Positions 49,137-62,300 of a DNA stretch of 64,000 bases are shown piece after piece (within the stretch, counting starts at the first letter, position 1; the number at the start of each line of letters is the position of its first letter). The notes under the pieces are model-generated. The model worked only from the letters and a program-made list of their open reading frames with translations. It was not told the DNA's origin and made no database searches. The DNA comes from Camelus ferus. Its lineage: Eukaryota. The translations under genes and the position numbers were made by a program. The stretch covers positions 97,590,001 through 97,654,000 of the forward strand of contig NC_045696.1 of assembly GCF_009834535.1 (NCBI RefSeq), written 5' to 3'.

Positions 49137-50489
49137 TAGTCATCTCAGTTCTGAAAGCCAACCAGAAACACTTAACCTCAACAGCAACGTAAAATGACAG
49201 CTGAAAAGCCACCTGAACCTAGACGCTATTAATAAATCCTAACCCTTCCCTGTAGTTTACACAAATACAGTTTTATATATGGACACAGGATTTTAACTTC
49301 TGCTTTTTTTTCTTTACTGGTTTTTTTTTTCCCAACTTGTTCCTGTAGCCCTTTCCTCACTATTGCATTAACATACCACTGTCTGCTTTGCCATTCTTCC
49401 ACAACAGAATATTTATGCTTTTCCAGCTTTTGGTTGTAAGGGCTGGGCCACTAGGATGCAAATTTTTTCATGTTATTCGCTGCATTTGGGAAGCAGTCGG
49501 CGGTGGGTATTTGGAAAGTTAAGCAACTCAGAGGATTCAAAATTGTCGGCTCCAAGTCCTCACAAGATAACAATGTCCTCCCCCAGCAGTGAAATGCGAC
49601 CTAGTCCCTGGCTGCCATACCTTCAGGCCAGGCCTCATCTGGCTTCCGGTTACCTCCTTTTCTCCAGGAGTGAGGCCTCCAAATGTGGTCTTATTGGCCA
49701 AACCTAGACTAAATTATCAAAGTCCTAAACTCCCAGAAGATATTCTAGAGCAAAAATTAAATTTAAAGAGCTGACGTGTCCACTCTTTGGAATTATTCAT
49801 GCAAGTTTCTCCCCCTTCATCACTGTTGGTAGAAAGCTGTCCTGTGGTGACAGTGACCGCTTTCCCGAGTGCTGTGGTCAGGGTGTCCGTGTTTGTGACA
49901 CTCTGCTCCTGGGTGTTCCTCGTGCTCTGAGTCTAAATGACTAGTCAGACAGGAGCCCAGCTCGGTCGGGGCGCTGGAGCAGCTGTTCAGGCCCTCAGTG
50001 TGGGCCATCATCTCCATGTTTAGAGAACTGCACAGACTGTCTTGTGAGGAGTCACCCAGGAATGGTTTGAACTGTTTGTTTTGTTATTCTTCAGTTTATT
50101 ACTTCAGCCTTCTTCCTCCCTGCCCGCCTCCCTCCTTCTCTGCCTTCCTCCCTCTATTTCTCCATGTCCTTCTTTCGTTTTCAGTGTAAGATTTATTTTG
50201 CCCTCTTTGGAACAGCCTTATGAAGTGGCTCCTTCCTATGTTTAATAACTGTTTGCTTTTCACCTTTTAAACACTGGGACGCCAGTAAAGCTAAAAAGCA
50301 ACCTTAAATAAGAAAAGACTCAAGAGCTTATCTAAATCTAAGCTTGACATCAAAAAATAAAGATGGATTCTTTTCTATGACTTTTAGAGTTTTTTATATT
50401 TTTATAGAATGAAAGATTCTTTAAATTGCTTTGCAATTTTCAAAAGTTTCACACATGTGATTTTATATAATCTCCATAATAACCCGTTT

Positions 50490-50830
50490 GTAAAAAACCC
50501 CCTACCCCATTACTCCCCCACCCCTCCCCCACTGGTAGCCACTAGTTTGTGCTCAGTATCTGTGAGTCTGCTTCTTTCTTGTTTTATTCACCAGTTTGTT
50601 GTGTTTTTATAGATTCCACATGTAAGTGATAGCAGACAGTATTTGTTTTTCTCTATCTGGCTTATTTTTCTTAGCATAATACCCTCCAAAGTCCATCCAC
50701 ATTGCTGCCAATGGCAAAATTTCATTCTTTTTAATTGCTGAGTAAAAAAACTTTCCATTGTGAATGTGTGTGTGTGTGTGTGTGTGTATCACATCTTTAT
50801 CCATTCATCTGTTGGTGCACACTTAATGGC
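50490..50830 (-). mobile_element. LINE-1 fragment
   Basis: tagattccacatgtaagtgat ... ttagcataataccctccaaagtccatccacattgctgccaatggcaaaatttcattctttt. Confidence 0.85.
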
Positions 50831-53211
50831 TTTTTTAAATGATGTTGAATAGATAAATAAGGATTGTTTTGAAGCCAAAATGTAGAATTAAGTTGTGTCC
50901 TCAAAAGAAGAACATAGTTTTTGCAGACAAGCAACATGATTAATCTTTGTTTCTCTGCTTCTTGGCAGTGAGTTTGGGGAAGTGATGTAACCTCCAGATT
51001 TCTCACCCATAAAGTGGGAGTAATGTGCTCACTTCATAGAATTGTGAGGGTTCATGAGGCTAGCGCTTGGCACAGAGTTCTCCTCTCCTCCTAAGAAGGC
51101 TGAAGTCATGTACAAGTTGGACTTGTTAAATGTTAAGTAGGGTTCCAGGTTATGTGAGTGTTGGCCCGTTGAGTTTAGGGTCACATCTGTGAAGTCTTAT
51201 AGGAAGTGGGGATAAACACTCTCAGGGGAGAAATGTAATTAATTACTTAGTAACAAGATGAGGAAAAGCTGCCCAGAGCTCAGGTGTGGCTAGAAAAGGT
51301 CTAGTAGACCCACTGACCACACACCAACCAGAAGCTGAATGGGAAGAAGCCAGCTGAGCACTCCCTTTGCAGAACACACCTGGAAACAACAGCTGGATGT
51401 GGTGTGAGGAGAGAGTGGAGGGAATAACAAGAGCAAAGGCTGGAAGTCACCCATCTTTTCAGAATATTCTCTGTTGATCACATCCTTTCAGAATTGCCCG
51501 TTTTTTGGTCTGTCCCACTTTTTGTTGATTGATTAATTATTATTATTGTTGATGCAAATATGCCTCCTTTAGTTTTTTAATCGAAGTATAGTTGCTGTAC
51601 AATATTATATATGTTACATATGTACAATACAGTGGTTCACAATTATCAAAGTTTATACTCCATTTATAGTTATTGTAAAATATGGGCTATATTCCCCATG
51701 TTGTATAATATGTCCAACTTTTTTAAATTCTCAAATTTTATTTAATTTTATTTTATTAAAGTATTTTATGTCCCATTTTTTAAATGGATAAAACTGCAAA
51801 GACCGAAAAGATAACTATGAGGTTGGAAAGTTGCTCCAAAGAGAGACATTTAAAAAACTTTAACCTTAGTGAAGAACCTTTAGTCTCTTTATGCTTTCTA
51901 TGTCTGAGGAGAAAGGATAAGAGGAATTCTTTACAACAGAGAGGTTTGATTTGGTTAATAAGTGTATTCTTGACTTACTGAAAAGTTAAAATGAGAGATG
52001 AGTAGAGATGAATAATTCTAACTGGAGATGAAGAAAAGACATCCAGCACTTTAGATCAGATAATTTTTCAGGGCAGATAATTTTTTTAAGCCTCCTTTTC
52101 ATCTGTTACACTCTAGTGGGTAGAAAAAAGTTATTTTGGATTTTCTTTTCTCAATTGATGTTGTTTTTCAATGTCAGTGATACAACATCAAAGTCATGTT
52201 GAACTTGATTTAATTTTTCAGACTACTGCCTTTTGCAGTGAAAATCCTATAAAACATTTCCAAGAGTCATTGACATTTTATGAGTTAGAGAAAAGCCATG
52301 GAGTTTTGGTGTCATCCAAATGCAAGTTTGATTATGTTTCCCTCATCACTCAGAAAGATGCAGCTTTTCTCCTTGGAAAATGCATATGGTTAAAATGAAT
52401 TTTCTCAGGTTTTTCTCAGAATAGTGAAATTTCTATGCACATTTCTCCAGAAGGCTATTGTACTTGTAGGACCCAAAAGCTAATTGAACAAGTTTCTTCA
52501 AATTCATTCTATGGTGGAAGCTGGTCATCGTTATCAGTGCTCCTCAGACTTTGAGGTATATTTTATCCCTTCAGGTAATTGACTAGGATATTGGAATGAA
52601 CCAGTTGTTCCCAGGTTTTTCTTTCTCTCAGCACAATCAACAAAATTTGTTGTGTTTTTGTATTTGTGTGTGTGCGTATGTATGAATGAAGCCCAGAGCC
52701 ACATATGTGTGGCAGATCCTATATAGCACTTAACTCCAGAATGTAAAGAAGGTACTATCACCCCAATTTCAGACACGTGAGGTGTGTCTGAGGTCACATG
52801 GTTAAGAAGCTCCGTCTCCTGACACAACGGTCAATACGTTTTCTCCTTTACATTATTTATAGAGAATATGTATTCTTCATGTCACATCCCAGACACTTTA
52901 CTCTGGAACGGCATTGTCTCAATTATGTCCTGCAGACTCTAGTTCGATTAGGATATAAATTCTGCCAAAATTGGATTTGATGATAAAATGGATTTAGGTA
53001 ATACTGGCTTAAGCAAAATAAAACAGAGTTCCTTACTACAAGACTTCTCAGAACCTTAATATGCTCCCATGCGTGGTGACTCATGCATTGTGAGGAAGAA
53101 AGATATATAGTCGTGGGGTGTATGTGTGCATGGAGTGAGGGGGGCAGTCTGCAGAACCCACCTTCTAAAATACTTTGAAAATGATCCCTAGAGCTGTCGA
53201 TGAAGGTAGCT

Positions 53212-53319
53212 TTTTTAAAATTTAATTTAATTAATTTATTTTTAATGGAGGTGCTGGGATTGAACCTCGGACCTTGTGCATGCTGGGCAAGAACTCTACC
53301 ACTGAGATATACCCTCCCC
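53212..53319 (-). mobile_element. tRNA-derived SINE (Vic-1 type)
   Basis: taatggaggtgctgggattgaacctcggacc...ctaccactgagatataccctcccc. Confidence 0.85.
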
Positions 53320-53858
53320 TGCGAGATAGTTGTTTTAATAACATGGTGAAAAGAAACTCCTCCTGTCTATCCACACTCCTACTGTTTTTGAGCATTAAGA
53401 GGGATGATGGGGCAAATTCAAGCTTACAATTAAATTGTTGGATTGTAGCTCCGTAACAAGGTTATTACAGGCAGAGCCTTTCTACCCTTTCACAAACCAG
53501 TTCTTTGTGCCATTCATGAGAAGGCGTCGACTGGAGGTCAAATCCACAGTGCCTTCACTTGCTCCTTTCCTATCTCCCTGGACCACCTGTCCCAGACAGT
53601 GTCAACCCAGAACAATTCAAGATTCACCTGGCATCTCTGTATCTCTTACGAGTGAGCATCATCAACTCAGTATCAATAATGTGGTAGCTGAAATTGTGCA
53701 CAGAGATGAAGTATTTTCGACCTGCAGCAATAAAATCTTCTGTTTGAATGTAGACAACAGCCGAAATGAAGATGAGAATTACGTTGACAGTTGAATTTGT
53801 CCCAGTTTCAAGAGCTTAGAAAAAGGAATTAAAATGGTTTCATTTCATTCTGTTACAG

Positions 53859-54043
53859 GAGAAAACGCAGGACAGACTCCCATGAACATCAACCCTCAAC
53901 AGACCCGTTTCCCTGATTTTCTTGACTGTCTTCCAGGAACAAATGTTGACCTCGGAACTTTGGAATCTGAAGATCTGATCCCCCTCTTCAATGATGTAGA
54001 GTCTGCTCTGAACAAAAGCGAGCCCTTTCTAACCTGGCTGTAA
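53859..54043 (+). CDS. WWTR1: WWTR1/TAZ last coding exon: transactivation domain end and PDZ-binding motif
   Basis: Acceptor ttctgttacAG (53857-58). ENAGQTPMNINPQQTRFPDFLDCLPGTNVDLGTLESEDLIPLFNDVESALNKSEPFLTWL then TAA at 54041-43. Confidence 0.98.
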
Positions 54044-54230
54044 CCGATAACCATTGTAGCTTGGGTGCAGCCAGGACCTGGCATTTCCTGGGCCTCTTGG
54101 AAAAAGCGATGGAGCAGAGCATGTCTGCAGGTGTGCCGCTTTCTGCCTCCATGACGCATGCTCCCTCCTTTCCTTGTGGCCAGTTTAATCATTGCCTGGA
54201 TTTGATTGGCAGTAACTTAACTTAAACATA

Positions 54231-54236
54231 AATAAA
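54231..54236 (+). terminator. WWTR1: Proximal polyadenylation signal candidate (AATAAA)
   Basis: AATAAA ~190 nt after the stop, followed by U-rich ttctattttcattttct. Confidence 0.55.
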
Positions 54237-57200
54237 CATTCTATTTTCATTTTCTGCACGCCTGCATTCCTGTGATGGGTTATGCAGAATCATTGCTGCA
54301 GAATTGATTATGCAGAATTGCTTCTCCGCTTTTCTCTCTGCTGCCCCATGACTAAGCTTTATGGGTGTTTGTTGAAATTCCTACATCAATTGATTATAAA
54401 CCATGAAAAGCTGACCACAGGCAGTGACTTCTGACAGGCGGCTCGGTCCAGGAAATGTACACAAAATTCTACCTGATTTACAGTTTCAAAAACTGTATTG
54501 ATAACATTAGTACCAAATGCTTTAAAAAATATTTAACTTGAGCTTTAAAAAAAATCATTGTATGGATAGTAAAATTCTGCTGTATGGAATACAATGTAGT
54601 TTTGAATCCATGCTGGTTCTGATGGTTCTTATTACTCTGTATTCACAAAGGCACACACAGCCCTATTGCAGTTTATCCTTCATCATTTTACTGCACAGCA
54701 GCATCTAGACAGCCAGTCCTTCCAGCAGGAGAGGAACAGCAGCATGAGTCACAGTTCCTCCACTAAGATCTTATGAAAGAGACCAGTTTGGCACCAATTA
54801 TGAACATTTATTAAACAAAAGTTTTTAAAATTACAAGTTGGATTTTTTTTTTTCAGTTGCAGCTTAGAACTTGACGTCTATTTTATAAAGCGCTATCATT
54901 TTGTAGCTGATGACAAAGGGCAACCAGATGTTTTTGATGCATCAGTGGCAACTGTATTTTGGGCTTTGGAAACTGTCCTGAAAACATCGGGACAACGTAG
55001 CTTTCAACCTGCTAGCATACAAAGGAAGCTGTTGCTTTTTAAATTCTGAAGCCTCGTTGGTTTTGCTTCTTTCAAGATTTTCAAGTAGTTGAAAAACGCT
55101 GTTATCTATGAAACTGAAGGATGAAGCGGATCTCTGACTGACGTGTAAAATAACGCCCCCTGAGGGTGGATGGTGGAGACATGTTTCTGAAGTCAGTAAA
55201 GTTGATTCCTAAGTATATTATCCTAACCCTGTTTGCTACAGTTGGTATAAAAAGGCATGTAATATGTACTCAGTACCTCTTATGTAACCAAAAACGTTTT
55301 TTATTAGCTCCTAAGGACTGAGAGAGAGCGTCAGGTCCACCTGACATGCACTCTGCCTGCATTGCCAATGAAGTCCTCAACTGTTTAATATTGTGAACTG
55401 ACATTATTTATAATCTATGAATTTAATATCTTTTTTCTTTTGAAAGACATTCATAATGCAGGTCTCTGAGAGGAACCTTTTAATTCCCAAGGGGCTTATT
55501 TGCTGGGGGTCTTTAATTAAAGATCCCTTTCGATCTACCAGATTATAGACGAGCAGAATACATCTTATCTTGTTGGAAAGAAGGCAAGTGACAAGGTCAG
55601 AGATTAAGTAGTCAAGTTATGGAATATAGTGGAAAGGATACTAGGTGTGAAATGGAAGTAGACAAGCTATAGGACCCCGTGCAAGACGAGCAAGACGAGC
55701 AGGAGGTATGAGAGGTGCCCCGAAAGAACAAAGCAGCAGTTTTCTCCTACAACCTTTGTACCAAAAGACAGCTATATAAGAAAAGACGGCTTCAGTGCAC
55801 TTTATGTGGGAAAAGGAGGGGCGGGGATGCTAGTGCCCTGTCCCCGCTGATGCTGAGTATATAGACAGACAAAGGCATAAACCTACCGTTGCTTCCAACA
55901 CAATGAAGTGATTTTTTTCCCCCCAAAGGACCCATAGTTTCTGTTCCTCTGATTCCTTCTCTCACTCAAAATGCTCTGAGAGGGATGGGGGTAGATGTTT
56001 CTGTTGCTACTAAATTGAAGGGAGCACGATTTCTTTTTCTCTTGTGTTAGCAATCATTGCAAAAAGCATTGTACATTCTTTCTAAGAAAAAGCAAAAAAC
56101 AAAAAACAAAAAAAAAAAAACAAAAACAAAAAACAACCAAAAACAAGGGACCTAATAAAACTGAGCAGTGTTACTGTATTTTTAAAAAATATTTTTGTAG
56201 ACTCATTTTCAGGTTATTCAACATAAAAGAAACAGATACCCCTCTTCTTTTTTTAGGTAGTTAAAACATCGATGATTTGTATTATCAATTTTTAGAAGAA
56301 ATTTCCTAGTAAGCTTGTGGCATTAGAAAACACTAGAAAAATTTTTTTAGTGAAATTAGTTGGAACATTTATTAATGAACATAACAAGTATTTTTCCAGA
56401 ATTAAATATGGACCCAGAATACATGTTTACTAATAAATGAAGCCAGATATAATTTTTGTTGTTGTCTTTAAGGCCATAAAATACCGCCTTTGTTAAAGAA
56501 CACTAAAGCTAGAAATATAAAGAACAACTTTTAAAGGATATTTCCTATTATTTTAAGGGTTAAAACCCCTAGCAGAATTCATGATAAGGTGCTATTTATA
56601 CTATATTTCTTATTTTAAAACAACTGCGAGAATATCTTGTCTTTTTAGTCTTAAATTAATCCATAAATTTCAACATTTCATCCAATAATTTTGCCAGGAA
56701 AAAGGCATATTAAAAATTGAAATTGAAAATAATTTCATAGATCTTTCTTTCAAGGTATTTTTTTCCCCTGATAAAACATATTTTCTTGAAGTAGATACAC
56801 TGTCAAAACCTATTTGCAATTCTGTTAAATCTAAGTAATTGTTAGTGTTTCACCATAGCATTTAGGATGTGAAATGCCATTTCTTTCGTCGACTATACAA
56901 TATAGGAGGAGCACGTAAAACAGTAAAACCTTTCGTTTGTTGGGGGTGCTAACGACCCCATCAAGGGAGAAAAGTTCTCTGTAGAAGAAGGCAATCTGGA
57001 GCGTGAGTTTCGCTAATGACAAGTTGTGTTCTCATGACATAATTGGAAAGTAACTTCTGAAAGTGCAACTTTTAAGAAAAATAAAAGCAGTTAAAAGGAA
57101 ATTGTACATTAATTTAATTGGGAAAATGGGCGATTGACAGAGACCGTTTCCCTAACACACTACATCATTTATGTGTTAGTACTTTAACTTTTAAAAAATT

Positions 57201-57350
57201 ATTTCTACATTTTGTAATATGACATATGTGTGTTTATTTTTAATGTAGATTTCTATGCATACAGAAAGTATGCAGAAAAATCAATCAGATCAAACTATTT
57301 TACCTGGAGTTTGGTACTGATTTTTACTTCTCTGATTCTGTATAAGAAAA

Positions 57351-57356
57351 AATAAA
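57351..57356 (+). terminator. WWTR1: Distal polyadenylation signal (AATAAA)
   Basis: AATAAA with upstream TGTA and a downstream ttgttattatttgagtgtgtt element. Confidence 0.7.
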
Positions 57357-57540
57357 TACAATTGAATTTCCACTTGGAGCCTTCATCTTGTTATTATTTG
57401 AGTGTGTTCCTTTTATTGAGGGCTTGGGTGGTGCTGAAGAAAGGCTTATGTAACCCTCCTGGCAGACAATGAAAGAAAGTAAGTTTTGTAGGCAAATGTA
57501 TTTTTGGCTCAAATGCCTGACCTTCAATATTTTAAATATC

Positions 57541-57656
57541 AAGGGGGAGGGTATGGCTCAGTGGTAGAGCGCATACTTAAGCATGCACGAGGTCCTGGGT
57601 GCACTTTCATTAAAATCAGTCAATCACCCCTTGCCCCTCGAAGAACAACAACAACA
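57541..57656 (+). mobile_element. tRNA-derived SINE (Vic-1 type), internally deleted, with TSD
   Basis: ggggagggtatggctcagtggtagagcgcatac...gaggtcctgggt; TSD aatatt(tta/ctg)aatatc at 57526-40 and 57657-71. Confidence 0.82.
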
Positions 57657-59458
57657 AATATTCTGAATATCCACAGAATTCTGATTTCTATTTTATTTGA
57701 AGTAGCTCACTGAGACTTTAAAAAATGTATTCTTTTTCTTTTTTTTAAATCACTTGGTCCTTCCAACACCCTCACATATCTGACTGAGACATCAGAACTA
57801 CAGGATTCTTGTTGTTCCTCAGTTATTAACAGTATTCTGTGGCTTCTTGTCAAAACTAAAAACAGCTCATCATTCATTCAGAGTGTGGGCTTGTGACGGT
57901 GTGTTTTCTCTGCTGAGTCGCTTGATGCTCGCTGTGGTGATACCTTTGACCATTCCACAGAGGCACACGGTGAAAGCACCCTGAGTAGGACAGTGTTTTT
58001 AAGCAGAAGCGTTCAGCCAAACGATGGAAAGTAGAGATTCTGGTAGAAACAACTTAGCAACAGTCCAGAGTCCAAGTCTCATGTACCTTTTAAAAAAATA
58101 TATTTCATCATCACTTTGAAGGTAACATGGGCTGATTGTTGAAAATGTAAATACCAACAAGTATAAAGTAAAAAGTGATAATTCTCTATCTTTCAAGTCT
58201 CACACTTGAAGAAATATATCTGTTTATTTTCTCTGTAGTATAAGCTGGACTTTTTTTTAACAAAAGGAAAGTAATTCTACCTGCTGTTTTGAAGCTTTCA
58301 TTTTTATCTCTGAACAATCACAATGATTTCACTAATATATATTGAGTGTTGACTAAATGCCAAACACTATGCAAAACACTTGATGTATAGGATCTAATCT
58401 GCACAGCCACCCTATTATTTCAATATTTTATCCTCACTTCACAGATGAAGAACTTGAGGTTTAGAGAGGTAAAGTAAGTTGCATAAGGTCTTATATTAAG
58501 CAAGAAATACATTCCAATCTCATGATCATCTTTCTATGCCAGTACCTGTAGTTGTATATTTCATTATTTTTAACAGGTAGCTTCCTTTTGCATGGATGTC
58601 CCCCGTTGGTATCCAGTTGGTCGTTTTTCAGTTTTTGCCTTTACCAGTAGTGCTGCACTAAACCATCTGTTCTTGTGTGAGTATGGCTAGAGGAGAAATT
58701 CCTAGGAAAGGAATCACTATATCAAAAGATACGTGATCTCAAGTTTTGGTGGATTCTGTCAAATATGTTTGAAAAAAGGACTGTATCAATTTATACTTCC
58801 AGGAACAAGATATGCAAAGGCCCGTTTCACCATTGCCAACCTAGACCTGGCTATTGCCTAACTTTTTTTCTTTAAGATTGAAAAGCTTTACTACAAACAT
58901 GCAGTCTTAAAAAAAAAAAAGAAGTTAAATTTGATTTGTGTAAACATTAACATCTTTTGTGTTTTTTACCCCCTCGCTACACATTCCATAAAATATTCTG
59001 GAAGATAAGTGGAATATATAAACAAAGTATAAAAACTGAATGAAAAATATATTTTTTATTTCTATCAATAATATACAATACAAATTAGTTTCTTTTTCTG
59101 TTTTTTCCCCAGCTTTATTGAGATATAATTGACATTGTGTTAAGTTTTTAAGGTACACAATGTAGTGATTTCATACACGTACATATTACAAAATGATTAC
59201 CATGCATCACCTCACATGGCTGCAAAATTTTTCTGTGTGTATGGTAAGAACTTTTGACTAACTCTTAAATCTTTGCAAATATGATAGGTAGACAATATCT
59301 TCCTGTTACAGTTTGTATTGCTTGAATTAACAGTAGAATTGAATGATATTTTCATAGTGTTATTGTCTATGGTGGGTGATGTGAGTTCTCACCCAGATCA
59401 CCTTAGATTCCTTTTTACTGTTTTTGTGCACCCCACGAGCTATTACCTGCCCCCTTCA

Positions 59459-59548
59459 TTTTTTTTTTTTAATAAAGGTACTGGGGATTGAACCCAAGAC
59501 CTCGTGTATGCTAAGCACATGCTCTACCCCTGAACTATACCCACCCCC
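59459..59548 (-). mobile_element. tRNA-derived SINE (Vic-1 type)
   Basis: Poly-T, then ggtactggggattgaacccaagacctcgtgtatgctaagcacatgctctacc. Confidence 0.85.
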
Positions 59549-60809
59549 TCAGTCTCATTTCTTACTCTAGTTATCTACAAAACACTCACTTTCTCATAAC
59601 ACTAAAAATCTCCCATTCTATAATCTTCCTTAGTGTTTGAACAGGTTTGATACATTCAAGAGATCGATGGATTTGTGTCATATACACAAAGACAACTCTT
59701 TTTCTTATAGCATTTCTGAGCATCCAATTGCTAGACTGGAGAATGAGATACTGATATTTTTTTTTTTGCGGTGCTAATCCCCATAAATAACATCATTTCA
59801 GCAAGCATGTTCATTACTGCCTAACTAGAGGGCCTGATATTTCCACTAGTAGGATTAAGGACTGTTTCCAGAAAAAGCTCCCCCTCAGATATCTTAACCT
59901 GGTAATGATGATGTAGCTAATTAGGCTACAAATGGAGAAAATTAATTTATGGGATTAGCGGAGATTTAACAGTCACCAAACCCTGCACTCGAGAAAGAGA
60001 ATCCATTTATGGAATTAGCATAGGGTAAAATAGGAGTTTCAGAGAATGAGAACACAGGAAATTTTAGTTAAAGGGGGGAAGTGAATCTGGCACACTCCAT
60101 GCAGCACTGCAAGTCCTGGAGAAGGTGTGTGTGTGGGTTGAGGAAGGGCAGGTGTGGGCGGTGTCCTTCATGGACTTGCCCTGGGCTTCGTTGCCATAAC
60201 CAGTTAAGAAGTTCAGTGCCATGCAAGTATTAACTCCACAGCCTTGGCCGAGTTTCTTACGGTTTTGGAATTTCAGTTTCTTCCCATGTAAATTGGTTAA
60301 ATGAGAGAGTGGTGAAGATCAAGAGACATGACTCAACGAAGAACACTCACTAATTCAAAGGTGGTCAATAAATGTTCATTTCCTTCTTTTCTTGGTGAGC
60401 TTTTTCCTCTCTTCTTCCCAGGGCACATACATTTTTCTCCACAGCACTTACCACCATCAAACAGTTAAGATGTCCTTGTCTCACCCCCAGGAGACTGCCA
60501 GTGCTGTGAGAGCAGAGATTTTTGTTTGTTTAGTATCTAGCACCTTGAACAATGCCTGGTACACTGTTTACAATATTTGTTGAATGAATGAATATGTTGG
60601 TGAGATTGTCGTTCACACTGCAAGCCTTCCTGGGGGCAGCACCTTCTTTGATTGACTTGTTTGCTTGCACTTCCATGTCTCAATTTAAAGAGGCTTTTGG
60701 AAAATGTTCCTCAGTTGGGAGATATTAGAGAAAAATTGGATTCTTCAGGAAGAGGGCCAAACCTGCCTGCTTAGAAATTATCTGCTGAGTGACCTGCGGG
60801 GCCCTGTTG

Positions 60810-60825
60810 CCATTAGAGGGCAGCA
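60810..60825 (+). promoter_or_regulatory. CTCF-like motif downstream of WWTR1
   Basis: CCATTAGAGGGCAGCA, about one mismatch from CCASYAGRKGGCRS. Confidence 0.45.
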
Positions 60826-61059
60826 GATGGCTTCGTCATGGTGTGGTGACAGGTGCCCCCAGGCCAGGGAGCAATGGGAGAGGCTGGGGAAAGACTGGGG
60901 CATCACAGGAGGGGGAAATAGAAGGACACGCAGAATATTGACATTTTTGTTATCTTATCTGCACTCCTACACATCCCTTGCCAGGAAGATGTATAGCTTT
61001 TGAGTGAGAATAAAGTTATTTGTAAGTACACAGAAAAAAAAAAGAAAAAAATAAGGTGT

Positions 61060-61240
61060 TCTCAGAGCAAGCTTCATAGTGGAGTCCATGGACCACCTGC
61101 CTCAGGTTATCCTAAGATGTCAGTGTAAAATGTGAATTTCCCTGACTTCCTGCATCTGAACGAGGTTAACGGCTAGGAATCTGCATTTATTCAGCAAACT
61201 CCTGGGGACTCTGGCGCACTCTCAAGTTTGAGGACCAGCA
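61060..61240. mobile_element. MER5-like (hAT-Charlie) element
   Basis: ggaatctgcattt ... ggactctggcgcactctcaagtttgaggacca. Confidence 0.65.
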
Positions 61241-62044
61241 CACTTGAAGAGCAGTCTCCAAACTTTTCTATCATGGAGCCCCAACGTATGTATGTTTATT
61301 TCTCTATTTATAAACTATATACATAGGTGACTGTCCTAATGTTATCTTGTGCATTATAAAACATTTCACGAAAATAGACGTTTTGAAAGGTTGGCAAAAC
61401 ATATACGTTAAATTTTACATATGAACTTCCCACGCCACCTTTTGGATGAGAGGATGAGGATAATTCATGCTGATTAAATGTTAGTTAGTCGATCCTCAGG
61501 GTGACTGAGATGGCATAACTCTCATTTTCTCAAGTTTATGGCCCCAACATCGGTGGGCATGAGACTGCATGGTCATCTGTAGAGGTTTTATTTTGGCTTC
61601 CATAGAGTTACCGGGAATTCTCTCTCTCTCTCTCCCTCCAACCCCCACGAAAATTCACATTTGGTGCTGGGGAAAGTTGTCCTATTTACCCTCTTCCCCA
61701 GCCTGATGCCCTGAGTGCAACTTCTGGGTGGGAAACTGAGGGTGGACTGCTTGGTATGTTGGCATCCTAGAGCCTGGCAATGCCAGGTACTTACACACAC
61801 ACACACATAGATACACACACTCCCCTGGGACTACTTCAAGCCCGAACAAGTTGCAAAATCATCTGCTATGAAACCCTGCCTGCAAAAAGCTTTAAATTCG
61901 TGATTAGATTTTAAATTTGGCTCTTAACCTTCTGAGGTCATAGGTCTCTTTGAGAATCTAATGAAGTCTATGAAATTTCTCTCCAACATGGGGGAAAAAT
62001 TACTCATCTGATCATATAGACCATTTCAGAGGGTGGGAAAGTTT

Positions 62045-62300
62045 CTGCAGTTCTCAGAGACTGGACCCTGAGCCAGCAGCGCTGGCCTTTCCTGGGAACT
62101 TACTAGAGATGCCCCCCTCCCCCGCCACGCCTACTGAGTCAGAACTTCAGGGCGGGAATAAGCCCTCCAGGTATTTTTGGTGAATACTCAAGTTTGCAAA
62201 CACTCCAGAGAAGTGGTTCTCAAATCCGCCTACTTCTTAGAATCACTTGGTGAATTAAAAAAAAAAAATGCACTGATGCCTGGGCTCCAATCTCCTTTAA
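62045..62300. mobile_element. Adjacent MER5-like (hAT-Charlie) elements
   Basis: ctgggaacttactagagatgc ... cctactgagtcagaact ... aagccctccaggt ... tcaagtttg; then agtggttctcaaa ... ttagaatcacttgg ... ctgatgcctgggctcc. Confidence 0.7.

Larger units (their letters stand above)
54044..57375 (+). other. WWTR1: WWTR1 3'UTR (long form); 3' end approximate
   Basis: Repeat-poor, AU-rich sequence after the stop codon. Ends at AATAAA 57351-56 followed by a U/GU-rich tract (~57388-57418); interspersed repeats resume right after. Confidence 0.75.

Noticed and set aside
53834..53858. Intronic aaaATGg in frame with the last exon (69-aa C-terminal ORF)
   Set aside because: Lies in the acceptor pyrimidine region with no evidence of a promoter; probably chance.
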